This document shows positions 5,838-14,259 of a DNA stretch of 15,518 nucleotides, piece by piece. A program made the translations under genes and the position numbers. Below the pieces are notes generated by a model. The model searched no databases. It was not told the DNA's origin and was given only the letters and a program-made list of their open reading frames with translations. The stretch spans positions 36,538 to 52,055 of the forward strand of contig JAVZCV010000004.1 of the NCBI GenBank assembly GCA_038874215.1. The letters run 5' to 3'. Each line of letters starts with the position of its first letter. Within the stretch, counting starts at the first letter, position 1. Source of the DNA: Candidatus Micrarchaeia archaeon. GTDB lineage: Archaea; Micrarchaeota; Micrarchaeia; Burarchaeales; JAVZCV01.

Positions 5838-6293
5838 CTATTTACAAACCTTATCAGCCATCTGCATTATCCTGCGCCAATGGCTTCCTTTCCAGTAAAC
5901 CTTTCCGCAACCCATGCACACCCAAAACCATTCATGCCTCTGCAATACCGACTCCAAAACCTTGTCCGCAACCTCATTTCTTTTAGCCAACTTCAATTCT
6001 CCGTTGCACTGCGGGCAGAGCGTTTCTTCCGGGAATTTTATCTTTATCCCAAACTCCTTCATCACTGCCTTCAACTGCTCCTCCTCGCTTCCTTTCGGGA
6101 CGAGAAAGACACGCACCCCTTTTTTCTTGGCGCGTTGCACGAGTTCCCTATCCATGGTAAGAAGGATGCGCCCTTTCTCTCTTGCGAGCCCCATTATCTT
6201 GCAATCATCCTCAAAATCTGGGTATATTACATCAATGCCGAATATCCTCATCCAGCGTGCAAGCTTTTTCAGCATCACATCCGCTACAAACAT
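5838..6293 (-). CDS. Mut7-C (PIN-fold) RNase domain protein with zinc ribbon
   Basis: FVADVMLKKLARWMRIFGID, RILLTMDREL, CPQCNGEL and CMGCGKVYWKGSHW. Start is likely ATG 6293, where the domain begins. Confidence 0.92.
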   Translation of the reverse strand: MFVADVMLKKLARWMRIFGIDVIYPDFEDDCKIMGLAREKGRILLTMDRELVQRAKKKGVRVFLVPKGSEEEQLKAVMKEFGIKIKFPEETLCPQCNGELKLAKRNEVADKVLESVLQRHEWFWVCMGCGKVYWKGSHWRRIMQMADKVCK

Positions 6294-6338
6294 CGTCCCA
6301 CGGGATAGGATTATTATTTTTGGCATTTATATAATCTC

Positions 6339-8630
6339 GTGATACGCTCTATTCTCCTTAAAAACTGGCGCTCCCACGAGGAGACATCCCTTGAATTCAC
6401 GGAAGGCACAAACATCCTTGTTGGCGTTATGGGAAGCGGCAAGACGAGCGTTCTTGATGCAATCACATTTGCCTTGTTTGGAACATTCCCAGCGCTTCAA
6501 AGGAGGCGCATAAAGCTTGAGGACATCATTAGGCGCGGCGCTGATGGAAAAGCCGAAGTTGTGCTAACGATTGATATTCAAGGCGATGCATACAGGATAA
6601 CACGGAGCATAGAGGAAAACTCAACGAGCGCACGCGTTGAGAAAAACGGCTCTCTAATAGAAGGCCCGCATCCAAGAAGGGCAACAGAATACCTTGAGCA
6701 TATCCTTGGTATAGACTACGATTCATTTTCTCGCGTAATCTACTCTGAGCAGAATGGGATAGACTACTTCCTTACGCTTTCCCCATCAATGCGCAAAAGC
6801 CACATAGACAACCTGCTTGGAATTGACCGCTTTGAGAAAGCGAGGGCGAACATAACGAAAATCCTCAACGAGCTGAGAAAGATGGCTGATGAGGGGAAAA
6901 AGACGCTCAGCGGCATTAGCGAGGAAGAGCTTGAGAAAGCGCTCAGGGAGATAGAGAAAGAGGTTGAGGCAGGCGAGAAAGAACTGGGGGATGTGCGAAG
7001 AATTGCCGATAAGCTCTCGCAGGATTTCAAAGAAATTGAGAGGAGACTTAGACTGCTTGAGGCAGCAGAAGAGAGGCATAGAGAGCTTGAATCAGAAAGA
7101 ATACGTACGGCATCGCTGATCTCGCAGATAAAGGCCGAGATTGAGAGGATAGACGAAAAAGAATACGAGAACGATGTGCGCATGCTCGCCGAGCTTAGGG
7201 AGAAGATTAAGAATTCGTCTGTGCTGCTCTCCTCTCTTGAAGATGAGCTTTCTTTCCTTACGGGCAAAACGGCAACGCTGCAATCAAGATGCGCAGAACT
7301 CAGAAAGAAGGACGAAAGCAGGAGAAAGCTGGAAGACGAGCTTAAAAAGCTCTCAAAAGGCATGGGTGATGAAGAAATTGAAAACGAACTCATGATTTTA
7401 AGAAAAGAAGCAGATTCTCTAAGAGAAAGGCTTTCTGAAAGCATCGCTTTGAGGGGAGAGCTTGAAAATTCGCTGAAAGCGCTTGAAGAAAAGAAGGATG
7501 TCTGCCCCGTATGCGGCTCTGAGATAACCGAGGAAAAAAGGAGCAGGCTGATTGAAGAGAAGCGCATGAAAATCGCAGAGCTCTCTAAGAAAGAGCGCGA
7601 TTTTGAAAAAAAGCTCTCAAATGTAAAAGATGCGCTCAAGGAAGCAGAAGACCGCCTCGCAAAAACCCGAAACATCCGCTCTCGGCTTGATGAAATAGGG
7701 GAGGTAAGCAAGGAGTTCGCAGCAGCAGAGAGAGAATACGAAAAGGTTTTTTCAGAGAAACAAAAGCTTGCGGAGAAGCGCTCAAGCCTGCTTAAAGAGC
7801 TTGATGAAATTCGGGAGAGCGAGAGAAAACTGTATGCAAAGGTTGAGAACGCATCCTCTATTTTATCAAAAAAAGAAAAAATAAGGGAGCTTGAAGAAAA
7901 GCTAAAGGAGATAGAGCGGGAGCTTGGGAAAATTTCGTTCAATCCCTCGGAATTGAAAAAAGCGCGTGATGACTTTATGGAGAAAAGCAGCAAGCTTTCA
8001 ACGGTTAAAGAGAGATATGCCGGCATAGAGAAAAACCTCGCAACAAAGAGGGCGTGGCTTGCTGAGAGAAAGCAGAGGCTTGACGAGCACAGGAAAGTTA
8101 AGCAGAGGGTTGAAAAGTATGAGAGGATTGCAAGAGACATGCGCATACTCCTTGATGGCGTTGTTGAGACGCAGCGCATTCTAAGGAGCGAGTACATAGA
8201 GGCGATAAATGCAACCCTCTCAGAGATATGGCCTCACATCTACCCATACAGAGATTATACGGCAGTCAGGCTTAACGCAACAGAAGACGATTACTCGCTT
8301 GAACTAAAATCAGGAGCCCACTTCTTCCCAGTTGAGGGAATTGCGAGCGGAGGGGAAAGGGCATGTGCAGCGCTCGCCCTAAGAATAGCATTCGCGAGCG
8401 TTATCGCCCCCAATGTCGGCTGGCTCATACTTGACGAGCCTACCCATAACCTTGACAACGACGGAGTTCGCGCCTTAACTGAAATGCTTTCAGAAAAGCT
8501 TGATGGCATAATAGAGCAAGCCTTCGTGATAACCCACGATGAGCGCCTCATAGACGCTGGGAAAACAGTCTACCGCCTCAACCGCAACAAAAACGAGAAC
8601 GAAACCACAAAAGCCGAGAGGATCGTGTAA
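6339..8630 (+). CDS. rad50: Rad50/SbcC SMC-like ATPase
   Basis: NWRSH, Walker A GVMGSGKTS, Q-loop YSEQ, long coiled coils with central zinc hook CPVC, signature SGGE, Walker B/D-loop LILDEPTHNLD and H-loop ITHD. Confidence 0.93.
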   Translation: MIRSILLKNWRSHEETSLEFTEGTNILVGVMGSGKTSVLDAITFALFGTFPALQRRRIKLEDIIRRGADGKAEVVLTIDIQGDAYRITRSIEENSTSARVEKNGSLIEGPHPRRATEYLEHILGIDYDSFSRVIYSEQNGIDYFLTLSPSMRKSHIDNLLGIDRFEKARANITKILNELRKMADEGKKTLSGISEEELEKALREIEKEVEAGEKELGDVRRIADKLSQDFKEIERRLRLLEAAEERHRELESERIRTASLISQIKAEIERIDEKEYENDVRMLAELREKIKNSSVLLSSLEDELSFLTGKTATLQSRCAELRKKDESRRKLEDELKKLSKGMGDEEIENELMILRKEADSLRERLSESIALRGELENSLKALEEKKDVCPVCGSEITEEKRSRLIEEKRMKIAELSKKERDFEKKLSNVKDALKEAEDRLAKTRNIRSRLDEIGEVSKEFAAAEREYEKVFSEKQKLAEKRSSLLKELDEIRESERKLYAKVENASSILSKKEKIRELEEKLKEIERELGKISFNPSELKKARDDFMEKSSKLSTVKERYAGIEKNLATKRAWLAERKQRLDEHRKVKQRVEKYERIARDMRILLDGVVETQRILRSEYIEAINATLSEIWPHIYPYRDYTAVRLNATEDDYSLELKSGAHFFPVEGIASGGERACAALALRIAFASVIAPNVGWLILDEPTHNLDNDGVRALTEMLSEKLDGIIEQAFVITHDERLIDAGKTVYRLNRNKNENETTKAERIV

Positions 8631-8683
8631 TCCCCTCCCGTCTGCTTTTCTTCTGCCCTTTCTATTTCTTCATTAATTTTTCC

Positions 8684-9248
8684 CACAAAGTTCCCTTTCC
8701 ATCGGGACTGGTTTTCTAACTCAAAATGTGTATTTTTAATAAAAGATGAGGAAGAAAGAGTCACAGTTCCCTTTCCATCGGGACTGGTTTTCTAACTTTT
8801 TGAAAATCTAGGACTTATTTTCGTGAAGATATGTCACAGTTCCCTTTCCATCGGGACTGGTTTTCTAACATAAAGCGTGTGGGGCGATTCTATTTTAGAA
8901 AAGCTGATGTCACAGTTCCCTTTCCATCGGGACTGGTTTTCTAACAAGAGTATGAGGAAGAGTTGGTGTTTAGGGTGGAGGGGGGGGTCACAGTTCCCTT
9001 TCCATCGGGACTGGTTTTCTAACTGCAGTCCACCCGAGATGTGCTCGGGTGGGTAAAAGTCGTCACAGTTCCCTTTCCATCGGGACTGGTTTTCTAACAC
9101 CGTATTTTTAAAAAGTCTAATCGACGAGGAGGAGAAGTCACAGTTCCCTTTCCATCGGGACTGGTTTTCTAACCTCTTTCTGCAACTGTTTTAATCTCCT
9201 CCCTAAACATTGTCACAGTTCCCTTTCCATCGGGACTGGTTTTCTAAC
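8684..9248 (-). CRISPR. CRISPR array of 8 repeats (37 bp, GTTAGAAAACCAGTCCCGATGGAAAGGGAACTGTGAC) and 7 spacers (36-41 bp)
   Basis: Repeats at 8684-8720 (degenerate terminal copy), 8760-8796, 8833-8869, 8909-8945, 8987-9023, 9062-9098, 9137-9173 and 9212-9248. Minus orientation follows from the leader/cas2 side and the degenerate distal repeat. A TCCC/GGGA stem is followed by the 8-nt handle ACTGTGAC. Confidence 0.99.
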
Positions 9249-9387
9249 AGCGGGTGAAAATGCTCTGTTTGGCAAACAGAGAAATATAATGGCTTGTTTT
9301 TTTAATAGTTTGTGGCATACCCCAAAAGGGCTAAAAAAGTGGGGGGGTATGAAAGGGCTAATTGAGTTATAAAAACGCTGTTTATGG
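9249..9387 (-). promoter_or_regulatory. CRISPR leader
   Basis: 139-bp non-coding segment between the cas2 stop and the first repeat, with a minus-strand TATA-like TTTTTATAA at 9376-9368. Confidence 0.8.
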
Positions 9388-9660
9388 TTATAGGATGACA
9401 TAAGGTTCCTCCTTTGGGCGAAGTGCGTAGCCAACTGTCTTTATTTCGGAAAAGCAGGAAGAACAGAGAGGTAAAACATGAACAACGTCTGTTTTTACCG
9501 TTTCGTCCAACTTTTTTATGAGCGCGCAGTAGGTGTTCTTGTCAAGCTCTCCAAAGAATGCGCTCTTCTGTATTCTCATCAAGCCAAAGTTCTTGAGTAT
9601 CTCGGCTACCGAGTTGCGCAGGTCATCATCAGTTATATCATAAATAACTACGTATTTCAT
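9388..9660 (-). CDS. cas2: CRISPR-associated endonuclease Cas2
   Basis: YVVIYDITDD...LKNFGLMRIQKSAFFG and C-terminal LPLCSSC. Coupled to cas1 by a TGATG overlap. Confidence 0.97.
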   Translation of the reverse strand: MKYVVIYDITDDDLRNSVAEILKNFGLMRIQKSAFFGELDKNTYCALIKKLDETVKTDVVHVLPLCSSCFSEIKTVGYALRPKEEPYVIL

Positions 9661-10652
9661 CAGTCTCCCGTATACCCATTGTAATAAGCTTTACACCCGA
9701 GAAGAAAGTCCGCTATCAAATTGCATTCAAATCGTATTATGTTTTCAAACCTCATTTTTTTGCCCTGGTATGGCTTATATGCATCAAGCAAAGAGAAGAC
9801 TGCCTGAACGACACGCCTTCTTCCAGAGTATGTAAGAAGATGGGATGTTTTGTCAAAATCCTCATCTACTTTAAACTCGTTCAGCGTGAAAAGCGAAATT
9901 ACCTGCCTATCAACAAAAGGCCTGAACTGCTCCATAACATCAAAAACAAGAGAACACCTGCCCTCAGCATCTGCATGGAGAAATCCCATATACGGATCAA
10001 GCGATGCCTTCACCGCAGAATCAAAAACCTTTGAGAACAAGATCGCATACGCATAGTTGAGCGAGGCATTGAAAGGGTCTGTTGCGCCACGTTTTACTCT
10101 TCCCTCTATTTCAACGTCCTTCCCAACCACGCACGCAACATTGCGCCAGTATTCGGTGGCAAATCTCGCTTCAACCGCCATTATTTCGTTTCGGCATTCG
10201 CTTATCGGGCCTTTAACCGCTTCAAGAGCGCAAATCATTTCTGATAACAGCTTCCTTGCATATGATACGTCTTCAAGCTGCCCTGTTTTTGCCAGGCTTG
10301 ATAAAACGCGCATTTGATTGACTAGCTTCGCTTTTATAATCGCCACAACGAGTTCTGTGCCCCTTTCAGTAGAGTAATGCTCAACCTGCTTTCTCCTTAC
10401 AGCTGCTTTCCCTCCCTCTTTCGGGTATGTTAGCATTGCAACCGGAGCATCAGAAAAGAGAAATGAAACGTTTATACCAAGAGAGGAGACTTCTTTTATC
10501 AGGTCGCACGATATGCATACGCCCCGGCACTCTATTAGAATCTGCGATATTTTAGAGAGCGGAAACTCCTCACGGTAGTCCCCACGCTTCACCACAACTC
10601 TCCTGCCTTTTTTCCCGACAAAACTCCCAAACTCAGAGACAAGAAGGCGCAT
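9660..10652 (-). CDS. cas1: CRISPR-associated integrase Cas1
   Basis: EARFATEYW, R.KRGATDPFNASLNYAYAIL, LDPYMGFLH and SLVFDVMEQFRPFVD. ATG 10652 has SD GGTGA 5 nt upstream. Confidence 0.97.
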   Translation of the reverse strand: MRLLVSEFGSFVGKKGRRVVVKRGDYREEFPLSKISQILIECRGVCISCDLIKEVSSLGINVSFLFSDAPVAMLTYPKEGGKAAVRRKQVEHYSTERGTELVVAIIKAKLVNQMRVLSSLAKTGQLEDVSYARKLLSEMICALEAVKGPISECRNEIMAVEARFATEYWRNVACVVGKDVEIEGRVKRGATDPFNASLNYAYAILFSKVFDSAVKASLDPYMGFLHADAEGRCSLVFDVMEQFRPFVDRQVISLFTLNEFKVDEDFDKTSHLLTYSGRRRVVQAVFSLLDAYKPYQGKKMRFENIIRFECNLIADFLLGCKAYYNGYTGD

Positions 10653-11193
10653 ATTTCTCACCCATGAGCTTCTTCTTCTCTGCCTTTATCTCCTCTATCA
10701 AGCCGATTAGCTCATCGTACTTATCACATAAAGCTGTCTTCACAACCCCGTATGGGTAAACCGTCAACGCCTCTGGCACTTTTAAGCAAAGGGCATACGC
10801 CGCAGCCTGATAACAATCCCCGGGAGTAACCTTTCCAAACTTGAATTCCACAGGCATTCCATTCTCAGCCACCCCATCAACTCTACCTATAAGAGAGAAA
10901 CCCTCGTTTCTAACAAAAATTTCTGTTTTAGCTATTCCGATGTTCTTTGCATTCCTCAAGAGCAGCCTTACCCGCTCTCTTTCACTTTGCGTGAATATTA
11001 TGCCACTCTCAACCTCAACTTTTTCAATCGCTTCCCTAAGAGGCTCGCCTTTTAGGGCTGCATACACTGCACAGTGTGCAGCCCTGCCAAAGCTGATATA
11101 GCGTCCAGAGAGCTTCGCTCCCTCAACGAAGATGCTTTTCCATTCTTCGTATGAATTTTTGTATATACGTATTTCGGAGCATGTAACTTTCAT
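10633..11193 (-). CDS. cas4: Cas4-like PD-(D/E)xK nuclease lacking the 4Fe-4S cysteine ligands
   Basis: GRAAH, IGRVDG, VEFKFG and QAAAYALCL are RecB/Cas4 motifs. First gene of the cas4-cas1-cas2 operon. Confidence 0.75.
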   Translation of the reverse strand: MKVTCSEIRIYKNSYEEWKSIFVEGAKLSGRYISFGRAAHCAVYAALKGEPLREAIEKVEVESGIIFTQSERERVRLLLRNAKNIGIAKTEIFVRNEGFSLIGRVDGVAENGMPVEFKFGKVTPGDCYQAAAYALCLKVPEALTVYPYGVVKTALCDKYDELIGLIEEIKAEKKKLMGEKYAPSCL

Positions 11194-11276
11194 GATTCTA
11201 TTTACTTTTTTCGCGATAAAAAATTGCCCTTGAACTGTTCTAAAAAAAGTTTAAAAAACCCGAGCAAAATAAAATC

Positions 11277-12008
11277 ATGGAATATAAATTGCAGATAGCG
11301 CTCGTAGGCGAGAAAAGCGAGCCCCTCCTTCGCTCAATTCCACGCATAAGTTCACAAAAAGTTGTCCTTTTCTCATCGCAGAAAACATTAAAAAACGCAA
11401 AGGGCATCAGAAACCGCTTGGATAATGTAGTAGCCATAGAGGAAATAGAACCATACGATATGGTAAATTGCTTCATAAAAACTCTAGAATGGATAAGAAA
11501 GACCCAAGGCCAGACTGCAATAAACATAACAGGTGGAACGAAGATATCCGCAATAGCGGCAATCATGGCAGCATATTTTGGGAATTCCCGCACATTCTAT
11601 CTCTCTGATGAGGGGAATATCATTGAAGTGCCTATTTTTGAGATGCGCATGATAGGTGAGGAAGCGCTGGTAAACAAAAAAAGGAAGCAGGTAAAAAAGA
11701 AGGAAATCTGTATACTTGAAGAATTGGAACGAGGGTCACTCATGCATAAGGAGCTAAGCAAGAAACTGGGTTTAAAAAAGAACAGCCTCACCTACCATAT
11801 GCGTAATCTTATCGGTGGGAATTTTGTTGAATTTACAAGCAAAGGGAGAGAAAAGCATTACCACATAACACAGCATGGCAGGCTTGTTTTAGAGAAATTG
11901 CGTACGCTGGAGAAACTCAAGAATGGGCAGTCATCGCAGAGCGTACGTGTAGGCGCCAGCACCAAAAGTGCTGAATTTACCGATATGCGAATATGTTCCA
12001 AAATCTAG
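11277..12008 (+). CDS. csa3: CARF-wHTH transcriptional regulator (Csa3-like)
   Basis: N-terminal Rossmann-like CARF domain (IALVG, INITGGTK, AAYF..FYL) and C-terminal winged HTH (HKELSKKLGLKKNSLTYHMRNL...GREKHYHITQHG). TATA TTTAAAAA at 11250-11257 suggests a leaderless transcript. Confidence 0.82.
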   Translation: MEYKLQIALVGEKSEPLLRSIPRISSQKVVLFSSQKTLKNAKGIRNRLDNVVAIEEIEPYDMVNCFIKTLEWIRKTQGQTAINITGGTKISAIAAIMAAYFGNSRTFYLSDEGNIIEVPIFEMRMIGEEALVNKKRKQVKKKEICILEELERGSLMHKELSKKLGLKKNSLTYHMRNLIGGNFVEFTSKGREKHYHITQHGRLVLEKLRTLEKLKNGQSSQSVRVGASTKSAEFTDMRICSKI

Positions 12009-12854
12009 CATCAGACTAACAAGCTCCTTGTCTTCTAAATTTGAAGCATCGTATTCTGCTTCACCAACAACAGCAGGAAAAAACTGGTGCTCAGACAATC
12101 TTCCCGCCCACCGTTTAATGTCCTGCCTTCTGAAATTAGAAGAAATCGTTTTGCTGTTCCTGTCAACATCCTCAAAAAGTTTTTTCCAGTCTATTTTTGG
12201 CTCGCTGTCAGTGTGGAAATAAACGATGTTTGAGAATTTTCGCGCAGCAGCACGTATGAGATGAGAAAAGCTTATCTCTTGGATTAAAGCAGAGTCAAAT
12301 ACAAGCATCGTTGGAGTAACGAAATTAACAGATACATAGTCAAAATTTTTTGTTCTTTTAGGAGAGATTGACGGAAGAGCTTGAAGATTGAGTGGCACAT
12401 ATCCGCCAGAATTCGGATCAAACATCTCCGACATACACAAAGAAACGTTGCCAAAACCCTTCTCACGGCCCTTGCCTATCCTATCAATGCTCCTTACAGC
12501 CTCATCAATGTACCTTGCATACTTAACCCCATTGCCAAAAAGCGTTATCTCAAAAGAAAACGTATCACCAGGACGGTATTCTCTCTTAGTGTTGAGAGGA
12601 GGCTCTATTACATATGGCTTCGTAACCTGGTTGCATTTCGCCAGTTTTGACATTATGGAAGGCGGTTTCGTTTCAAATATATACCCATAGGGGCAGATCG
12701 TGGCAAAACTGCATGAGCGGCATACCCCATTCTGACGCTTGCACGATATCTCGTGGAGCTTGCTCCCTAACGCACCCCTTATCGTGCCCCCTTTCCATTC
12801 TGGAAGAAGAGCGGGTGATTCAAACCGCAGAGTGTAGCGGAGTTTTGAGAGCAA
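11931..12854 (-). CDS. cas6: CRISPR RNA-processing endoribonuclease Cas6 (variant with N-terminal Cys cluster)
   Basis: WKGGTIRGALG, C-x7-CxxC-x5-CPY, PYVIEPP, IGKGREKGFG, FVTPT and the C-terminal G-loop HIGKFSTFGAG. Confidence 0.93.
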   Translation of the reverse strand: MLSKLRYTLRFESPALLPEWKGGTIRGALGSKLHEISCKRQNGVCRSCSFATICPYGYIFETKPPSIMSKLAKCNQVTKPYVIEPPLNTKREYRPGDTFSFEITLFGNGVKYARYIDEAVRSIDRIGKGREKGFGNVSLCMSEMFDPNSGGYVPLNLQALPSISPKRTKNFDYVSVNFVTPTMLVFDSALIQEISFSHLIRAAARKFSNIVYFHTDSEPKIDWKKLFEDVDRNSKTISSNFRRQDIKRWAGRLSEHQFFPAVVGEAEYDASNLEDKELVSLMLDFGTYSHIGKFSTFGAGAYTYALR

Positions 12855-12858
12855 AAAA

Positions 12859-14259
12859 TCACTCTTCTAAATTTATGAAAACATGCGGCTCAATTATCTT
12901 CTCAAAATCAGACTGCAAATATTCTCTAAAAATTTCTACAGTTAATTTATACATCCCCTCATAATCCTTCTTTGAAGCAAATTCCTTACCATGCGCAACT
13001 ATCAGCTTATTCCTCGTGTCAATTACCGCCTTTAGTGTTTTCAACCTTTCTGTATGATTATCCCCTGCCTTTGCATGCTCTACTGCCGTTAAAACTATAT
13101 GTGCGTCAAGGGCACCAATCTTACTCCCAAGCGGATACGGTTCACCGTATATCTCCTTCCTGATTTCGTTTAAGCGCTCTAGTTCATCGCTTTGTAGACC
13201 GTCTTCTTTAAAATTTGATGTGTCAATGTTTCTTTTCGCGAGTTGCCATTGCGCTATTATTTCAACTGCCCTATAGAGGCGGCATATCCCCTCATTGTAG
13301 TTCCTTTCATCCGCTCTTCTTTTCGCATTCGCTATCATGTCGGCTATTAGGTGTACCGGATAACTATCGTTCTCATCTCTGAGAAGATCAAAAAACTTCC
13401 CACTTCGGCCGAGTAGTTTCAATACGTCTATCTGGTTTTTTATCCTATTGGCATGATGCCTATGAATCTTATGGAGATTTATGTTTTCGAGCGCATTTCT
13501 GAGCATATTTTCTGCAACAGAATAATTAAACGAATCCCAATGATAATACGCCCCTGCTATGAACGCCTCTATCTCATATTGGTGATGTTCTGATAAGTTT
13601 CTTAGTTCTTTAAATAGGCTTTCGGCAGCGCTGTATTGGTGGTTGTTGAAAAGCGACACTGCACGTAGCCTGTTCAAATCGCCAAAAACATTAAACGGAT
13701 TTTCAAGTTCAACGAGTTTTTCGCTTCCCGGGACAGTCTTCCCATTCTTCTGCTCTGAATCAATGTAGATAAGCGCAGCGTTGATGAATGCACCCGCAGC
13801 TGTTGCTCCTCCTGCCATCGCCTTTTTGCCCCCCGTTATATCAACAGCTATCTTTCCATATTTCCCCCACTTCTTCCATACTTTCTTTATATTCTTATAA
13901 ACATCGGATGCATCCGCACTGCTGATCTCCTCTAAACAATACTGGCTGGGTTTTAAGCGCGTCGCACTCACAACCTTGTCAATCGTTTTCTTTGATTCTG
14001 AGGAGTGAAGAAAACACACCTCCTTTGGTTTTATTGCAAGTATAGATAGTGCTATGGGTTCTGGGCTATTCCCTACACTCACTATAAGGTAGTCATATTT
14101 TCCTTTACACCCATACTCATTAACGAATTTTTCCTTAACCAGCGGAAAGAGATTCTTCCAATAAAACTTATCCTTATTCTCTTTGTCTTCTATCTTCTCC
14201 CAAATTTCAATCAGCTTATGAAGACGTGTATAGTCCCGCATGCTCTCAACCCCAACCAA
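12859..14259 (-). CDS. TIGR02710-like CARF-HEPN effector (cOA-activated RNase, Csm6/Csx1 class)
   Basis: CARF motifs VSVGNSPEPIALSI and VDITGGKKAM, PGSE..LENP, a helical mid-region with RLYRAVE, and HEPN RNKLIVAHG (R-x6-H). The start may be ATG 14241. Confidence 0.88.
   Translation of the reverse strand: MVGVESMRDYTRLHKLIEIWEKIEDKENKDKFYWKNLFPLVKEKFVNEYGCKGKYDYLIVSVGNSPEPIALSILAIKPKEVCFLHSSESKKTIDKVVSATRLKPSQYCLEEISSADASDVYKNIKKVWKKWGKYGKIAVDITGGKKAMAGGATAAGAFINAALIYIDSEQKNGKTVPGSEKLVELENPFNVFGDLNRLRAVSLFNNHQYSAAESLFKELRNLSEHHQYEIEAFIAGAYYHWDSFNYSVAENMLRNALENINLHKIHRHHANRIKNQIDVLKLLGRSGKFFDLLRDENDSYPVHLIADMIANAKRRADERNYNEGICRLYRAVEIIAQWQLAKRNIDTSNFKEDGLQSDELERLNEIRKEIYGEPYPLGSKIGALDAHIVLTAVEHAKAGDNHTERLKTLKAVIDTRNKLIVAHGKEFASKKDYEGMYKLTVEIFREYLQSDFEKIIEPHVFINLEE

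Noticed and set aside
5835-5840. Back-to-back stop codons TAGCTA of ef1b and the Mut7-C gene
   Set aside because: Reflects genome compaction only, with no evidence of a special function.
6764-8197. 477-aa minus-strand ORF
   Set aside because: Ser/Phe/Leu-rich antisense shadow of the Glu/Lys-rich Rad50 coiled coil, with no independent features.
8967-9209. 13/14-nt match between the spacer at 8946-8986 (TGTTTAGGGTGGAG) and the reverse complement of the spacer at 9174-9211, plus GTATTTTTAA shared by two other spacers
   Set aside because: The matches are short and low-complexity with divergent flanks, so they are compatible with chance in similarly biased coding DNA.
8570-9434. ORFs containing LENQSRWKGN or VRKPVPMEREL repeats
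   Set aside because: These are translations of the CRISPR repeats and leader.
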